From IMG/VR virus record IMGVR_UViG_3300029653_000083, positions 138,236 through 202,235 of that record: a stretch of 64,000 nucleotides of DNA. One strand, written 5' to 3'. Every line of letters starts with the position of its first letter. Within the stretch, counting starts at the first letter, position 1. Below, one piece after another: positions 37,206 through 46,052 of the stretch. The notes beneath the pieces were generated by a model. That model made no database searches. It saw nothing but the letters and a program-made list of their open reading frames with translations, and was not told the DNA's origin. The position numbers and the translations under genes are program-made. This DNA is from a virus (Duplodnaviria; Heunggongvirae; Uroviricota; Caudoviricetes).

Positions 37206-37697
37206 ATGACAATGCCGCAACAGCCTCAAGTCAACGTGAACATTAATCAACCGTCCATACCGCAACAGCCTATGGCTCAACCCCAAAACCCAATCCGGCA
37301 GAACAGTCTCCGAACCAAACGTGGACTGCTTAAATATCTTCTGCTTGGACTCGTCACCTTCGGCATTTACGACATTTGGCAAATGAGCGAAGTCGGCACC
37401 ACGTTGAATCTCATCGCCACGCGACGTGACGGCAAACGCACCATGCATTATTGTCTCATGTTCTTCCTGCTCGGCTGGCTGACCCTTGGCATCGGCTGGC
37501 TTGTCTGGTATCACAAGCTCAGCTCCCGTATCGGCACAGAACAGGCCGCTCGTGGACTGCCGGTCACGGTCACTGCCGCAACCTACTGGCTGTGGAACAT
37601 TCTCGGCTCTCTCATCATCGTCGGCCCATTCATTTACACGTACAAGCTTCTGCACGCCATGAACGACCTGTGCGCCGACTACAACGCGCGAGGCTGA
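37206..37697 (+). CDS. DUF4234-like membrane protein
   Basis: LLGLVTFGIY..W and LTLGIG.LVW motifs; AAGGAG RBS. Confidence 0.75.
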   Translation: MTMPQQPQVNVNINQPSIPQQPMAQPQNPIRQNSLRTKRGLLKYLLLGLVTFGIYDIWQMSEVGTTLNLIATRRDGKRTMHYCLMFFLLGWLTLGIGWLVWYHKLSSRIGTEQAARGLPVTVTAATYWLWNILGSLIIVGPFIYTYKLLHAMNDLCADYNARG

Positions 37698-37701
37698 TAC
37701 A

Positions 37702-37723
37702 TACTAAACTGGATTTGTCCACA
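37702..37723 (+). promoter_or_regulatory. conserved motif copy 7, variant (TACTAAACTGGATTTGTCCACA)
   Basis: Degenerate -10, intact TGGA-N4-TCCAC. Confidence 0.6.
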
Positions 37724-37741
37724 TAAGCAGAAAGAAAAACG

Positions 37742-37894
37742 ATGGCATCATTCATCATTGGACTTTTAGTCGGAGTGTTCATCGGCATGACTGTCATGAG
37801 CATGTGCGTAATTTCGAAGCAATCCGACAACAAGCGTATCATCGACACCCACGCCGACAGTACAGAGGATTCCATTCCCATGGGGAAGGATTAA
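37742..37894 (+). CDS. 50-aa small membrane protein (DUF3789-like), not in the ORF track
   Basis: MASFIIGLLVGVFIGMTVMSMCVISK...; fills the gap before the next ATG. Confidence 0.65.
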   Translation: MASFIIGLLVGVFIGMTVMSMCVISKQSDNKRIIDTHADSTEDSIPMGKD

Positions 37895-37896
37895 GC

Positions 37897-38835
37897 ATGT
37901 CCTGCTTGCGGAAAAACATCGGACAAGGCATCCGACTGGTCATCCCCAGCATCCTCGTATTGTCGCTTCTGACCGTCGGCACGCCCGCATCCGCGAATCC
38001 GGCCACAGGAAGCATCCCCGTCGGACAGTCAGCCACACAAGTGTTGGACACGCTCACCGTCGGAGTGAAATCCAATGCGTCTTCCGACCGCAAGTCCCAC
38101 CAGTGGAACAAGGTCGTTGGCAAAACCGGCAATTACACGACCCGCGATTTGGTGTTGGAACGCGACATGGATAACGTGACCTACACGAGTCGAGGCAACG
38201 TGAACACCGGCATCCTATTGGAACCATACACGGGCAAGACCATCCACTTCCAACGCGGCACGTCGAACAAGACCGAGGGTGGAAGCGCGTCCAACCGTGA
38301 CGGCGGCATCCAAATCGACCATGTGGTCGCCTATGCGGAAGCGTATCGTTCCGGCTTGGACAAGCTCGACTTCGCCCAGCGAGACGCCTACTACAACGAC
38401 CCCGACGTACTGCTCGCATCCCAAGCGGAAGCCAACAATGTGAAAAAGGACGGCACCATAGCCGAATGGGAACCTTCCAACCAAACGTTCCAATGCGATT
38501 ACGCGAGCCTGCAAATCGGCATCAAAGCCAAATATGGGCTGATGGTAGACCAGAAGGAACATGATAAGCTGGCGCAAGTGTTGGCTTCCTGTCCGGCTGA
38601 AACCATTATTTCGACCAGTCAAGTGAAACAACGGTTAACCAGTGGGACATCAGAGGGGAACAATACAGGCACCGCTAACAATAATACGACCGGTGGCAAC
38701 AGTCAGAACAGCCAATATAACGGTTCCACCAACAGTAAGAACAATTCGCATACAACGAACAAACACCACACCACCACAACTAAGAAGAACTGGGTCAAAA
38801 ACCTATTCAACGGACTCCTAAAACAATTCTTCTAG
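37897..38835 (+). CDS. secreted HNH-type nuclease (DUF1524/GmrSD C-terminal-like)
   Basis: Signal peptide; TRDLVLERD, PYTG, IQIDHVVA, YNDP..LLAS...N..K. Confidence 0.8.
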   Translation: MSCLRKNIGQGIRLVIPSILVLSLLTVGTPASANPATGSIPVGQSATQVLDTLTVGVKSNASSDRKSHQWNKVVGKTGNYTTRDLVLERDMDNVTYTSRGNVNTGILLEPYTGKTIHFQRGTSNKTEGGSASNRDGGIQIDHVVAYAEAYRSGLDKLDFAQRDAYYNDPDVLLASQAEANNVKKDGTIAEWEPSNQTFQCDYASLQIGIKAKYGLMVDQKEHDKLAQVLASCPAETIISTSQVKQRLTSGTSEGNNTGTANNNTTGGNSQNSQYNGSTNSKNNSHTTNKHHTTTTKKNWVKNLFNGLLKQFF

Positions 38836-38850
38836 AACAGCCGTAACACA

Positions 38851-38888
38851 AGTAGTCCCGCCATTCACTTTCGGATGGTGGGACTACT
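38851..38888. terminator. bidirectional hairpin terminator
   Basis: AGTAGTCCCGCCATTC/GGATGGTGGGACTACT stem. Confidence 0.7.
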
Positions 38889-38894
38889 CATATA

Positions 38895-39002
38895 TCAACT
38901 ATGTTCTTCGTCCCATTTGTCCAAGGTTTCCAACAGGTTAGGCAAGCCGAAATAGTCGTATGATTGCCCGTATTGTTTCCCACCTTTGGTCTCATATATA
39001 AT
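38895..39002 (-). pseudogene. orphan 3' fragment of a gene truncated at the IS right end
   Basis: Frame IIYETKGGKQYGQSYDYFGLPNLLETLDKWDEEHS* starts at the IS end and runs to the terminator. Confidence 0.4.
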
Positions 39003-39003
39003 G

Positions 39004-39200
39004 TTGACTTCCTCACGGGGTTGAAATCCCGTGATTCCTGTTGCCGGTTGGACGTGTCTTTCTTAATGTTTTTAATGGAAGAGATTCCGACCGGTATTGC
39101 AGGGGTTTGAGTTTCATCGACGTTGCTCCCCACTGGTTTTCACCAGTGTGGAAGCTTGTTGTCTCCACTCTTCGGCATCGTCCATGCCGTTCGTTCCTAA
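39004..39200 (-). ncRNA. predicted omegaRNA (reRNA) scaffold of TnpB copy 1; 5' boundary approximate
   Basis: Position between the tnpB 3' end and the right end; by analogy to known TnpB systems. Confidence 0.5.
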
Positions 39201-40532
39201 CGCGCGGTCGAGAATGTTCTTGGACGCGTTCACGTCGGCGTTCGTCTCATGCCCGCAATTGTGGCAGTGGAACACCGCTTGGCTTTCACGGTTGTTCTTG
39301 CCGCAGTATCCGCAGACGTTGCAAATGCGTGACGTGTCATAGGCGGGTACCTGAACGAGTCGGGTTCCCGCAAGCTTGGTTTTGTATTCGAGACAATGCA
39401 GGATGCCAGTCCAACGGTTGGCGAGGACGCTACGGTTCAAACCGCTTTTCCTCTTCCGCCCGTTGTGCAGATAATGTCCCGGATTGTCGGGGTCTGGTTT
39501 CGGCCGGACGCTTCGGCTCATGGCCTTCACGTTCAACCGTTCCATGGCGATGAAATCGTATTCCCGGACGAGCGTGGTGGTCGTCTTGGCTATCCAATCG
39601 TCCTTGCGATTGTCTATCCGACGTTGGATGCGCCGCATGGCTTGGAGGGTGCGCTTGCGGCTTTTGGACGTGAATTTGGCGTTCCTGCCGCCACGCTTCT
39701 CGTTCGTCCTGTCCTGTCGGGCAAGCTTGCGTTGCAGACGCTTATACTCGTCCATCTCTTTGACGGACGGTTGGGGAATGTCGAGGAAAATGTTATCGGA
39801 GGTGGCGAGGGTATGCACGCAACCCCTATCCAAGCCGACCATCATGCCCGTATCGGTTCGGCTGATGGGGAGTGGACTATTGGTGAACACGAGTGTCCTG
39901 TTAGTCCAGTTCACCGCCACACTCGTATATTCACGAACGGGTTGACTCACCCGCACATGAATGGCGATACGCCAACGAGCCTCGTTCTCACCCTCACGAC
40001 GATACTGTCTCGGCACACTGCCAGTGATGACGACCACACCGGTACGCTTGCCCGTCCGACGATACAAGGCGTTACCGGTCTTCGACTGGTTACGCCAGCA
40101 CACGAAATACTGAGGAGCCTTATGGCGGGAACGGAACCCCGGAACCCGACCACCATTGGTCTTCTTCCGTTTCAATCCGGCGAACCAACCCGTGTTCTCG
40201 ACACGTTCACATGAGGAGAGGATAGGCGAGGGAATGCACGCCAGCCAAAGACAATCCAATCGCGCCTGACTGTCCTTGACGGCGGGCTTCACATCCGCGC
40301 CACCCAAAGGCACATCCACCCAAATACGCTCACGGGTTTCAACATCCTCCACAAGCCTACGCTGGGGACGATGCGCCCGATGCTGGTTGTACCGGCTTCT
40401 CCACCCGTCGCACAGCCAGTCCATGATACGTTCCGGATTACGAGTCCACATACGATTCCCGTAAGAGTCCAAGCCGAGGAACACGCTGCACCCCGTATGC
40501 CGGACTTTCAGGATTCGTACTTTCTGACTCAT
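39114..40532 (-). CDS. tnpB: RNA-guided endonuclease TnpB
   Basis: RuvC-I GLDRG, RuvC-II AMERL, CNVC/CHNC Zn finger, RuvC-III NADVNAS. Confidence 0.9.
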   Translation of the reverse strand: MSQKVRILKVRHTGCSVFLGLDSYGNRMWTRNPERIMDWLCDGWRSRYNQHRAHRPQRRLVEDVETRERIWVDVPLGGADVKPAVKDSQARLDCLWLACIPSPILSSCERVENTGWFAGLKRKKTNGGRVPGFRSRHKAPQYFVCWRNQSKTGNALYRRTGKRTGVVVITGSVPRQYRREGENEARWRIAIHVRVSQPVREYTSVAVNWTNRTLVFTNSPLPISRTDTGMMVGLDRGCVHTLATSDNIFLDIPQPSVKEMDEYKRLQRKLARQDRTNEKRGGRNAKFTSKSRKRTLQAMRRIQRRIDNRKDDWIAKTTTTLVREYDFIAMERLNVKAMSRSVRPKPDPDNPGHYLHNGRKRKSGLNRSVLANRWTGILHCLEYKTKLAGTRLVQVPAYDTSRICNVCGYCGKNNRESQAVFHCHNCGHETNADVNASKNILDRALGTNGMDDAEEWRQQASTLVKTSGEQRR

Positions 40533-40626
40533 GCCTATAATGATACCATATTATTGAGTAATCAACAATATGAGAAGGCGTGCAGACCCGGCATTGAAAT
40601 ACCGGGCTTACACGCCAAAAATCAGT

Positions 40627-40824
40627 CAACAAGAGGAACTATTGGCTATCCGGCACGGTGACTTCGACCCCAAACAGTACGATTTGAAGCTTCTGGACGC
40701 CAAGTCCCGGTTCGAGGAAGCCGCCGAACACACCCGGCTCCCCCAGCCTGTAAGCGATACGGAATTGCAGGATATGGTATTGCCTATCATCCACGAATAT
40801 ACTGAACGCCTGTTCAAGGAGTGA
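40627..40824 (+). pseudogene. 3' fragment of a nucleotidyltransferase-like gene truncated at the IS left end
   Basis: EELLAIRHG...FEEAAEHTRLP..V....L pattern resembles the C-terminus of predicted nucleotidyltransferases. Confidence 0.45.
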
Positions 40825-41047
40825 GAACATCAGCCCACAACAAGCCTGAAAAACGAAGGTTGATAGCGTGAAACCCCAATGATTCCAACGGTTTCGACAC
40901 GCATACAGGTTTGACCAAACAGCCGTATCCCGTATACTTGATGTTGCGTTCAGCCGGTGGGTTGAACGCCTCATAATTTGGCGACTAAGTTCAAAAAGAC
41001 TTTTGGTCTTTTTCTCCTTTTGGTCTGGCTTTTTATGTGTGGACATT

Positions 41048-41080
41048 CGAAGGCCCCGCCACTGTGCGGGGTCTTCGTTT
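41048..41080. terminator. hairpin downstream of repA
   Basis: GAAGGCCCCGC/GCGGGGTCTTC stem. Confidence 0.65.
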
Positions 41081-41092
41081 AACTGAAATCGG

Positions 41093-41998
41093 TCAGAACG
41101 GGTTGCCGTCCGGCTTGCCGCTGGTCTTGGTCGGCTGAGTCGGGGACTCCAGCATCGGAACCCCGCCAATAGCGCGTTGCTTCGATTCCAACGACTTCCG
41201 GCACGGATACACCTTCAGCCCCTCATCGACGGCCTCTACATGCAGTTCCGGCCAATTCTGCCGAACCATTTCCAACGCTTTCTTGAAACGTTCCTTGAAT
41301 CTGCGGAGTGGAGTGTTCGACGCGTCGAACTGTATTTGCAATCCGTTCCAAGGTATGAGAACCGGTTTAGAGATGTAATATGTTCTGCGGGCGAGCCACT
41401 GGTAGATGTCCAACGCTCTGGATGATTTCCCGAGATTCATCACTATCTCTCGGTTTAAAGGAACGGGATTCTCGTTGAGGATTCCCCACATAAGTTCGGA
41501 GAATCGAATATACGAACCTTCCTTGTATTCGTCGGAATTTCTGTCGAAGCAGATGTGAGTGCGGTCGGCCACCAGAACATTGATGGCATCATGGACAGTT
41601 CTGCCCTGTTCGTCCTTGAACCAATTGGTCACTTGAAAGACAGTGCTCCCCAGATTCTCCAACATGCGGGTCACCTGCTCCCGTTGTCCATTGGCCGCGA
41701 TTCCCGTGTTCTTGCAGAACGAATTAAATGTTTCGTCCAAATGGATTGTCCTGTTTTCGAAATCAACCATCGGGGACACCTCTTTTATGAGGGTTTGGGC
41801 ATACAGAAGGAATAGACGGGGGATTTTTCCGTAAGCCCACTGCCCTTTCCTCGGGGTCGTCGTTATGGACACGATTCCGTTGCTCCGGTTCAGATAAGGT
41901 ACATCAGGCTCCTCCACTGGAAGCAGGGAGACCACTGATGAGAGGGTGGCCGCATAGGTTATTGTCTTCTTGCTGGGGTTGATGATATCCTTGTTCAT
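41093..41998 (-). CDS. repA: plasmid replication initiator RepA (RepA_C family)
   Basis: YGKIPRLFL, PVPLN, LGKSSRALDIYQWLARRT, F...FKKAL..V...WP. Confidence 0.88.
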   Translation of the reverse strand: MNKDIINPSKKTITYAATLSSVVSLLPVEEPDVPYLNRSNGIVSITTTPRKGQWAYGKIPRLFLLYAQTLIKEVSPMVDFENRTIHLDETFNSFCKNTGIAANGQREQVTRMLENLGSTVFQVTNWFKDEQGRTVHDAINVLVADRTHICFDRNSDEYKEGSYIRFSELMWGILNENPVPLNREIVMNLGKSSRALDIYQWLARRTYYISKPVLIPWNGLQIQFDASNTPLRRFKERFKKALEMVRQNWPELHVEAVDEGLKVYPCRKSLESKQRAIGGVPMLESPTQPTKTSGKPDGNPF

Positions 41999-42031
41999 GT
42001 TATCGGGATTCCTTTACTGTTGACTGATACT

Positions 42032-42072
42032 AACCTCATCTCGGTACATACGGGATGAGGTTTTTATTTTTA
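42032..42072 (+). terminator. terminator antisense to the repA leader
   Basis: AACCTCATCTCG/CGGGATGAGGTT stem + long T tract on the + strand. Confidence 0.6.
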
Positions 42073-42117
42073 TCCTAATGGGTTTTTGGAATATTTTTTT
42101 ATAAATCAGATTTTTCT

Positions 42118-42177
42118 GTTCACATTCTCAGTCAAGAGTCTTACATTCTCGGGCAGAAGTCTTACATTCTCAGGCAC
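42118..42177. repeat. iterons (three copies, 21-bp period), putative origin
   Basis: ACATTCTC cores at 42122, 42143 and 42164, upstream of repA. Confidence 0.75.
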
Positions 42178-42221
42178 TTGGATGCTCTAATCCCTTGTGG
42201 GAGTAGGTCTAAGAGCACTGG

Positions 42222-42259
42222 CAATAGTATACAATAGATACAATAGTATACATAAGTAT
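42222..42259. repeat. AT-rich CAATAG(T)ATA tandem repeats (possible unwinding element)
   Basis: Three to four copies next to the iterons. Confidence 0.6.
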
Positions 42260-42382
42260 TTGTGGTACCGAATTTCTAAATGCTCTAAAAAACGAAAAAT
42301 CGTTTGATTCAAAAAACATGGAATGATTTTTTACGATTTTTCTCCGACGCGTCTCAATGCTTTCGAAACCAGATACTTCGTA

Positions 42383-42404
42383 TGCTATAGTGGAATAGTT
42401 TACA
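42383..42404 (+). promoter_or_regulatory. conserved promoter/operator motif copy 8 (TGCTATAGTGGAATAGTTTACA)
   Basis: Motif match upstream of the sortase gene. Confidence 0.7.
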
Positions 42405-42471
42405 CAAGAAAAAGAGCTTTTCGCCAAACCATAAAAAACGGTTTCGCTCAAAGTCCTCACCCCAAAAAACC

Positions 42472-42493
42472 AGCTAAACTGGATATGTCCGCA
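42472..42493 (+). promoter_or_regulatory. conserved motif copy 9, variant (AGCTAAACTGGATATGTCCGCA)
   Basis: Resembles copy 7. Confidence 0.45.
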
Positions 42494-42523
42494 ACGAACC
42501 AAAACTGTCAAAGGAACGAAAGC

Positions 42524-43711
42524 ATGGAAAACGGCTCCCCGAACAGGCTGCCCGACTGGACTGAAATCATCGACGGGAAACCCCCAAAACCCGACAATGG
42601 TCCCAACCATGTAGGCAGACACAGCAAAGGAAGCCACGCCCGACACGGAAGCCAACCAGCCAACACAACGTCCACTGGCGAACATGTCCTCCAATGCTCC
42701 ATCGGAATCATATTCACCGTCGTCATAATCCTCATCGCCCAAATCGGTTGGATGTTCTTCGGACATGACTTGGATTCCATCCACACTCAGGTCGCAAACT
42801 CGAAAAGGGTCAGCCTGAACCAGAACATCGACTTGGATACGACCCGCATAGCCAAACCACAGTCGGGCGAAGTGCCGGTAGATGGCACGCCCACCCACAT
42901 GCAGGTAATCGGATGGATGTACATTCCTAAAATCGAATCCGGTTGGAAGCGTGCAATCCAACAGGGAACCGACCAAATCGTGTTGGACAATCAGGGCATA
43001 GGCCATTACGAGCAGACCGTCATGCCCGGTGCCGTAGGCAACAGCGCCTATGCCGGGCATCGCACCGGCGGCGACTTGGGTTACATCGACCGGTTGCAGA
43101 CGGGTGACGCCATCGTCATCCAAACTGCCGAACACTGGTACGTGTACAAGATGACCGAAGGTTGGGTCACTACTCCGACCGACGTGAGCGTGTTGAACAA
43201 TGACGGCGCGAACCCGGACTCCCGCGAATTGACGTTGACGACCTGCCATCCTATGAGCGTATGGGCAGACCAGAGCATCAAACACAGGTATATCGTCCGA
43301 GCGCAATTCTCCTATTGGGCGAACGTTTCCGACGGTATTCCGGCTGAGTTGAGCACCGCCAACGGGAACGTCGTCCAGAAGACCGCATACAAGTGGCAGA
43401 AGACCGTCCGAACCGTCAGCGCCTACGCTCCCGCGAGCATGATGTTCGCCGTGATTCTGCTTGTCGCGTGGATGGTCATGAACGGACTGTGCTGGCTGTT
43501 GTGGCGTGGGGAGCGGGAACGCAAGCCGGTGTCTTGGAACGTGCTCGTATTGTCTTGGCGTCTGCAACAGGGCGTCCTGCCGTTGCGCCTGTTGAACATG
43601 CTGTTGTTCTGGGGTGGTTTGGTTCTGCTGTTCTGGTGGTCTGTCAGCCCGCATTTCGACAGTTGGTTCCCGTTCCTGCAATCGGTGGGATTGCCGAACG
43701 TCACGTTCTGA
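42524..43711 (+). CDS. class E sortase
   Basis: AYAGHRT, LTLTTCHP, RYIV catalytic motifs; N- and C-terminal TM helices. Confidence 0.9.
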   Translation: MENGSPNRLPDWTEIIDGKPPKPDNGPNHVGRHSKGSHARHGSQPANTTSTGEHVLQCSIGIIFTVVIILIAQIGWMFFGHDLDSIHTQVANSKRVSLNQNIDLDTTRIAKPQSGEVPVDGTPTHMQVIGWMYIPKIESGWKRAIQQGTDQIVLDNQGIGHYEQTVMPGAVGNSAYAGHRTGGDLGYIDRLQTGDAIVIQTAEHWYVYKMTEGWVTTPTDVSVLNNDGANPDSRELTLTTCHPMSVWADQSIKHRYIVRAQFSYWANVSDGIPAELSTANGNVVQKTAYKWQKTVRTVSAYAPASMMFAVILLVAWMVMNGLCWLLWRGERERKPVSWNVLVLSWRLQQGVLPLRLLNMLLFWGGLVLLFWWSVSPHFDSWFPFLQSVGLPNVTF

Positions 43712-43758
43712 CCCATTCCCTGAAACATATTTTCCGCAAAAACTAGGAGGTAGCCGTC

Positions 43759-44268
43759 ATGCGGCAAACATATCTGACCAGCGACAATCCGACCGTGGTG
43801 AACCGACTGCGCAAGGACTGCCGTGAATACGCGCGTCAACGCGAACTGGAGGAATGGTTCGAAAACATCCACCATGTCCGTCTGGCGTGGAAGGAGGACG
43901 CGGATGGCAAGCGAACCGTCGAAGGAGTTGAAGCCGTCATGTCCAAGGAGACCCTGACCATCCAAGGCAAAGGTGATTTGAAAGGCTACTGGCTCATGCC
44001 CATGAACGGCATATACAAGCCATGCAAGAACAATGTTGAAGTATGGAGGATGCTCCGCCAATTCGAATGGCGTCCCGACCCTCTGCCGGGCATCGTCAGC
44101 TCATACACGTATACGCCATACGTGGACATGTTTATCGAAGACGACAAAGCATATCTTTCCATGCCGGTGGAAAGCTGGGATGACTCTTTGTGGCATAAGA
44201 GCACGAAGGGGACATTCCGTAAGGCCGAGGAACGTTTCAACGACGGCGCTTCGGGAGATGACCGTTGA
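43759..44268 (+). CDS. hypothetical protein
   Basis: AGGAGG RBS, 169 aa. Confidence 0.75.
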   Translation: MRQTYLTSDNPTVVNRLRKDCREYARQRELEEWFENIHHVRLAWKEDADGKRTVEGVEAVMSKETLTIQGKGDLKGYWLMPMNGIYKPCKNNVEVWRMLRQFEWRPDPLPGIVSSYTYTPYVDMFIEDDKAYLSMPVESWDDSLWHKSTKGTFRKAEERFNDGASGDDR

Positions 44269-44374
44269 TGCTTCATGTCTTGACCGTATTGGCGGCGCAA
44301 GCCCTGTTTTTTTAAGACTGGGGTGAGTCGCCACTTCTTTGATTAATCACTGTTTCCGTGGTAAGGTTTTCAGT

Positions 44375-45832
44375 ATGAGCCAGAAGGTACGAATCATCAA
44401 AGTCAGGCATGCGGGCGCATCCGTGTACCTTGGCGACGATTCATGCCGCAACCACTGCTGGACGCGCAATCCCGAACGCATCATGGACTGGCTGTGCGAC
44501 GGGTGGAGAAGCCGTTTCAACCAACATCGGGAGCATAGGACAATCCGCCGCTACATGGAGGACATGGAATCCCATGAACGCATGTGGGTGGACGTCCCGT
44601 TGGGCGGCGCGACCGTCGGGGAACCTTTCAAGGACAGCGAGGCTCGAATCCGGTGTTCTTGGCTCGCATGCATCCCCTCCGCTATTCTCGCCAGTCCCAT
44701 GCGCGTGGAGAATTCGGAATGGTATGCCGCGTTGAAGCGCAAGAAAATCAATGGCGGTCGTGTCCCGGGATTCAAGTCCCGCAAACGCAGCCCCCAGTAT
44801 TTCGTATGCTGGCGCAACCAGAACAAGACCGGCAACGCCATCTACCATCAGGTGTCACGCAAGCGCGGCGTGGTCGTCATCACCGGAACCGTGAAAAAGG
44901 AATTCCGCAAGCCGGACGAAACGGGATGCCGTTGGACGCTCTCCATCCACGTGCGCGTCAGCCAACCCATCAGGGATTATACGAGTGTGGCGGTGAATTG
45001 GACGGAACGTACTCTGGCGTTCACCAACGAACCGTCGCCCATCCGACGGAATACCACCGGCAAGCAGACCGGTATCGACCGTGGCTGCGTCCACACGTTG
45101 GCCTTGTCGAATGGAACCATGCTAGACATGCCGCAACCGTCCGAACGGGAGAGAAAAGAGTATCTGCGATTGCAACGCAAACTCTCCCGACAGGACAGAA
45201 CCAACGAGAAGCGTGGCGGCAAAACCGCGAAATTCCAGTCGAAACGGCGTATGCTCACGTTGAAGCGTATGAACTCGTTACGTCGCCGTATCAACAATCG
45301 TAAGGACGATTGGGTGGCGAAAACCACGACACAGCTTGTCGAAGACTACGACCTTATAGCCTTGGAAGCGTTGAAGACCCGGCAGATGACGCGTAGGCCA
45401 AAGCCGAAGCAGGACCCCAACCATCAGGGGTGCTACCTGCATAATAGTGCAACATCCAAAGCCGGATTGAACCGTAGCATCCTCAACAACCGTTGGACGG
45501 ATATTCAGAACAAACTCGAATACAAGACCCGACTCGCCGGAACCCAGCTCATACTGGTTGACCCGGCCTACACGTCCCAAACCTGCAACCGTTGCGGCCA
45601 TGTCGCATTGGAGAACCGTGAGAGTCAAGCGGTCTTCCAATGCGTTAACTGCGGGAACAAGGATAATGCGGACGTGAACGCGGCTAAGAACATTCTCAAC
45701 CGCGCGATACATACAACCGGCATGGACGATGCCGAGGGCGTGGAGGAACACGCATCCTATGGAACCCATGTTCCACAGGAGAGTTCCGGTGAAACGCCAA
45801 CCCCTGCTACACGTATGGGAAGACTTCTCTAA
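44375..45832 (+). CDS. tnpB: RNA-guided endonuclease TnpB
   Basis: GIDRG, ALEAL, CNRC/CVNC, NADVNAA; same MSQKVRI start as copy 1. Confidence 0.9.
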   Translation: MSQKVRIIKVRHAGASVYLGDDSCRNHCWTRNPERIMDWLCDGWRSRFNQHREHRTIRRYMEDMESHERMWVDVPLGGATVGEPFKDSEARIRCSWLACIPSAILASPMRVENSEWYAALKRKKINGGRVPGFKSRKRSPQYFVCWRNQNKTGNAIYHQVSRKRGVVVITGTVKKEFRKPDETGCRWTLSIHVRVSQPIRDYTSVAVNWTERTLAFTNEPSPIRRNTTGKQTGIDRGCVHTLALSNGTMLDMPQPSERERKEYLRLQRKLSRQDRTNEKRGGKTAKFQSKRRMLTLKRMNSLRRRINNRKDDWVAKTTTQLVEDYDLIALEALKTRQMTRRPKPKQDPNHQGCYLHNSATSKAGLNRSILNNRWTDIQNKLEYKTRLAGTQLILVDPAYTSQTCNRCGHVALENRESQAVFQCVNCGNKDNADVNAAKNILNRAIHTTGMDDAEGVEEHASYGTHVPQESSGETPTPATRMGRLL

Positions 45833-45893
45833 TGGGAAGCATGTCTCATATGCGACAGGAATCCCCCGGCTTCAGCCGTGGGGAGGAATTCAA
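45710..45893 (+). ncRNA. predicted omegaRNA scaffold of TnpB copy 2; 5' boundary approximate
   Basis: Hairpins over the tnpB 3' end and the right end. Confidence 0.5.
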
Positions 45894-46052
45894 AGCCGTC
45901 GTGGAGTTCCTTCGGTGCTTCCGGTTCGATAGCGTAAGCTCCGGCATGTGCGGACTCGTTTGGATTGTCACCGCGTTAATCTGGCTGTTTCTTATCCGCT
46001 GGGATGATAAGCCCGACGGTTTGGACGGTTCCGACTTGGAAGACTCGTCGGA

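Larger units (their letters stand above)
39004..40624 (-). mobile_element. IS200/IS605-family tnpB-only element (IS1341-like), copy 1
   Basis: TTGAC target before the left-end hairpin; right-end hairpin ending ...GAGGAAGTCAA; no tnpA. Confidence 0.85.
44285..45893 (+). mobile_element. IS200/IS605-family tnpB-only element (IS1341-like), copy 2
   Basis: TTGAC at 44280-44284, left-end hairpin, right end ...GGGGAGGAATTCAA; clean empty site. Confidence 0.9.

Noticed and set aside
40639..41169. 176-aa minus-strand ORF downstream of repA
   Set aside because: Overlaps repA and a terminator and is antisense to a more protein-like fragment; no recognisable motif
42209..43681. 490-aa minus-strand ORF
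   Set aside because: Antisense shadow of the sortase gene
44339..44374. TTG start for tnpB copy 2 in the ORF track
   Set aside because: Alignment with copy 1 and the promoter position favour ATG 44375
39114..45832. TnpBs as Cas12 effectors or catalytically dead TldR regulators
   Set aside because: No CRISPR array, IS ends are present and the RuvC D-E-D residues are intact
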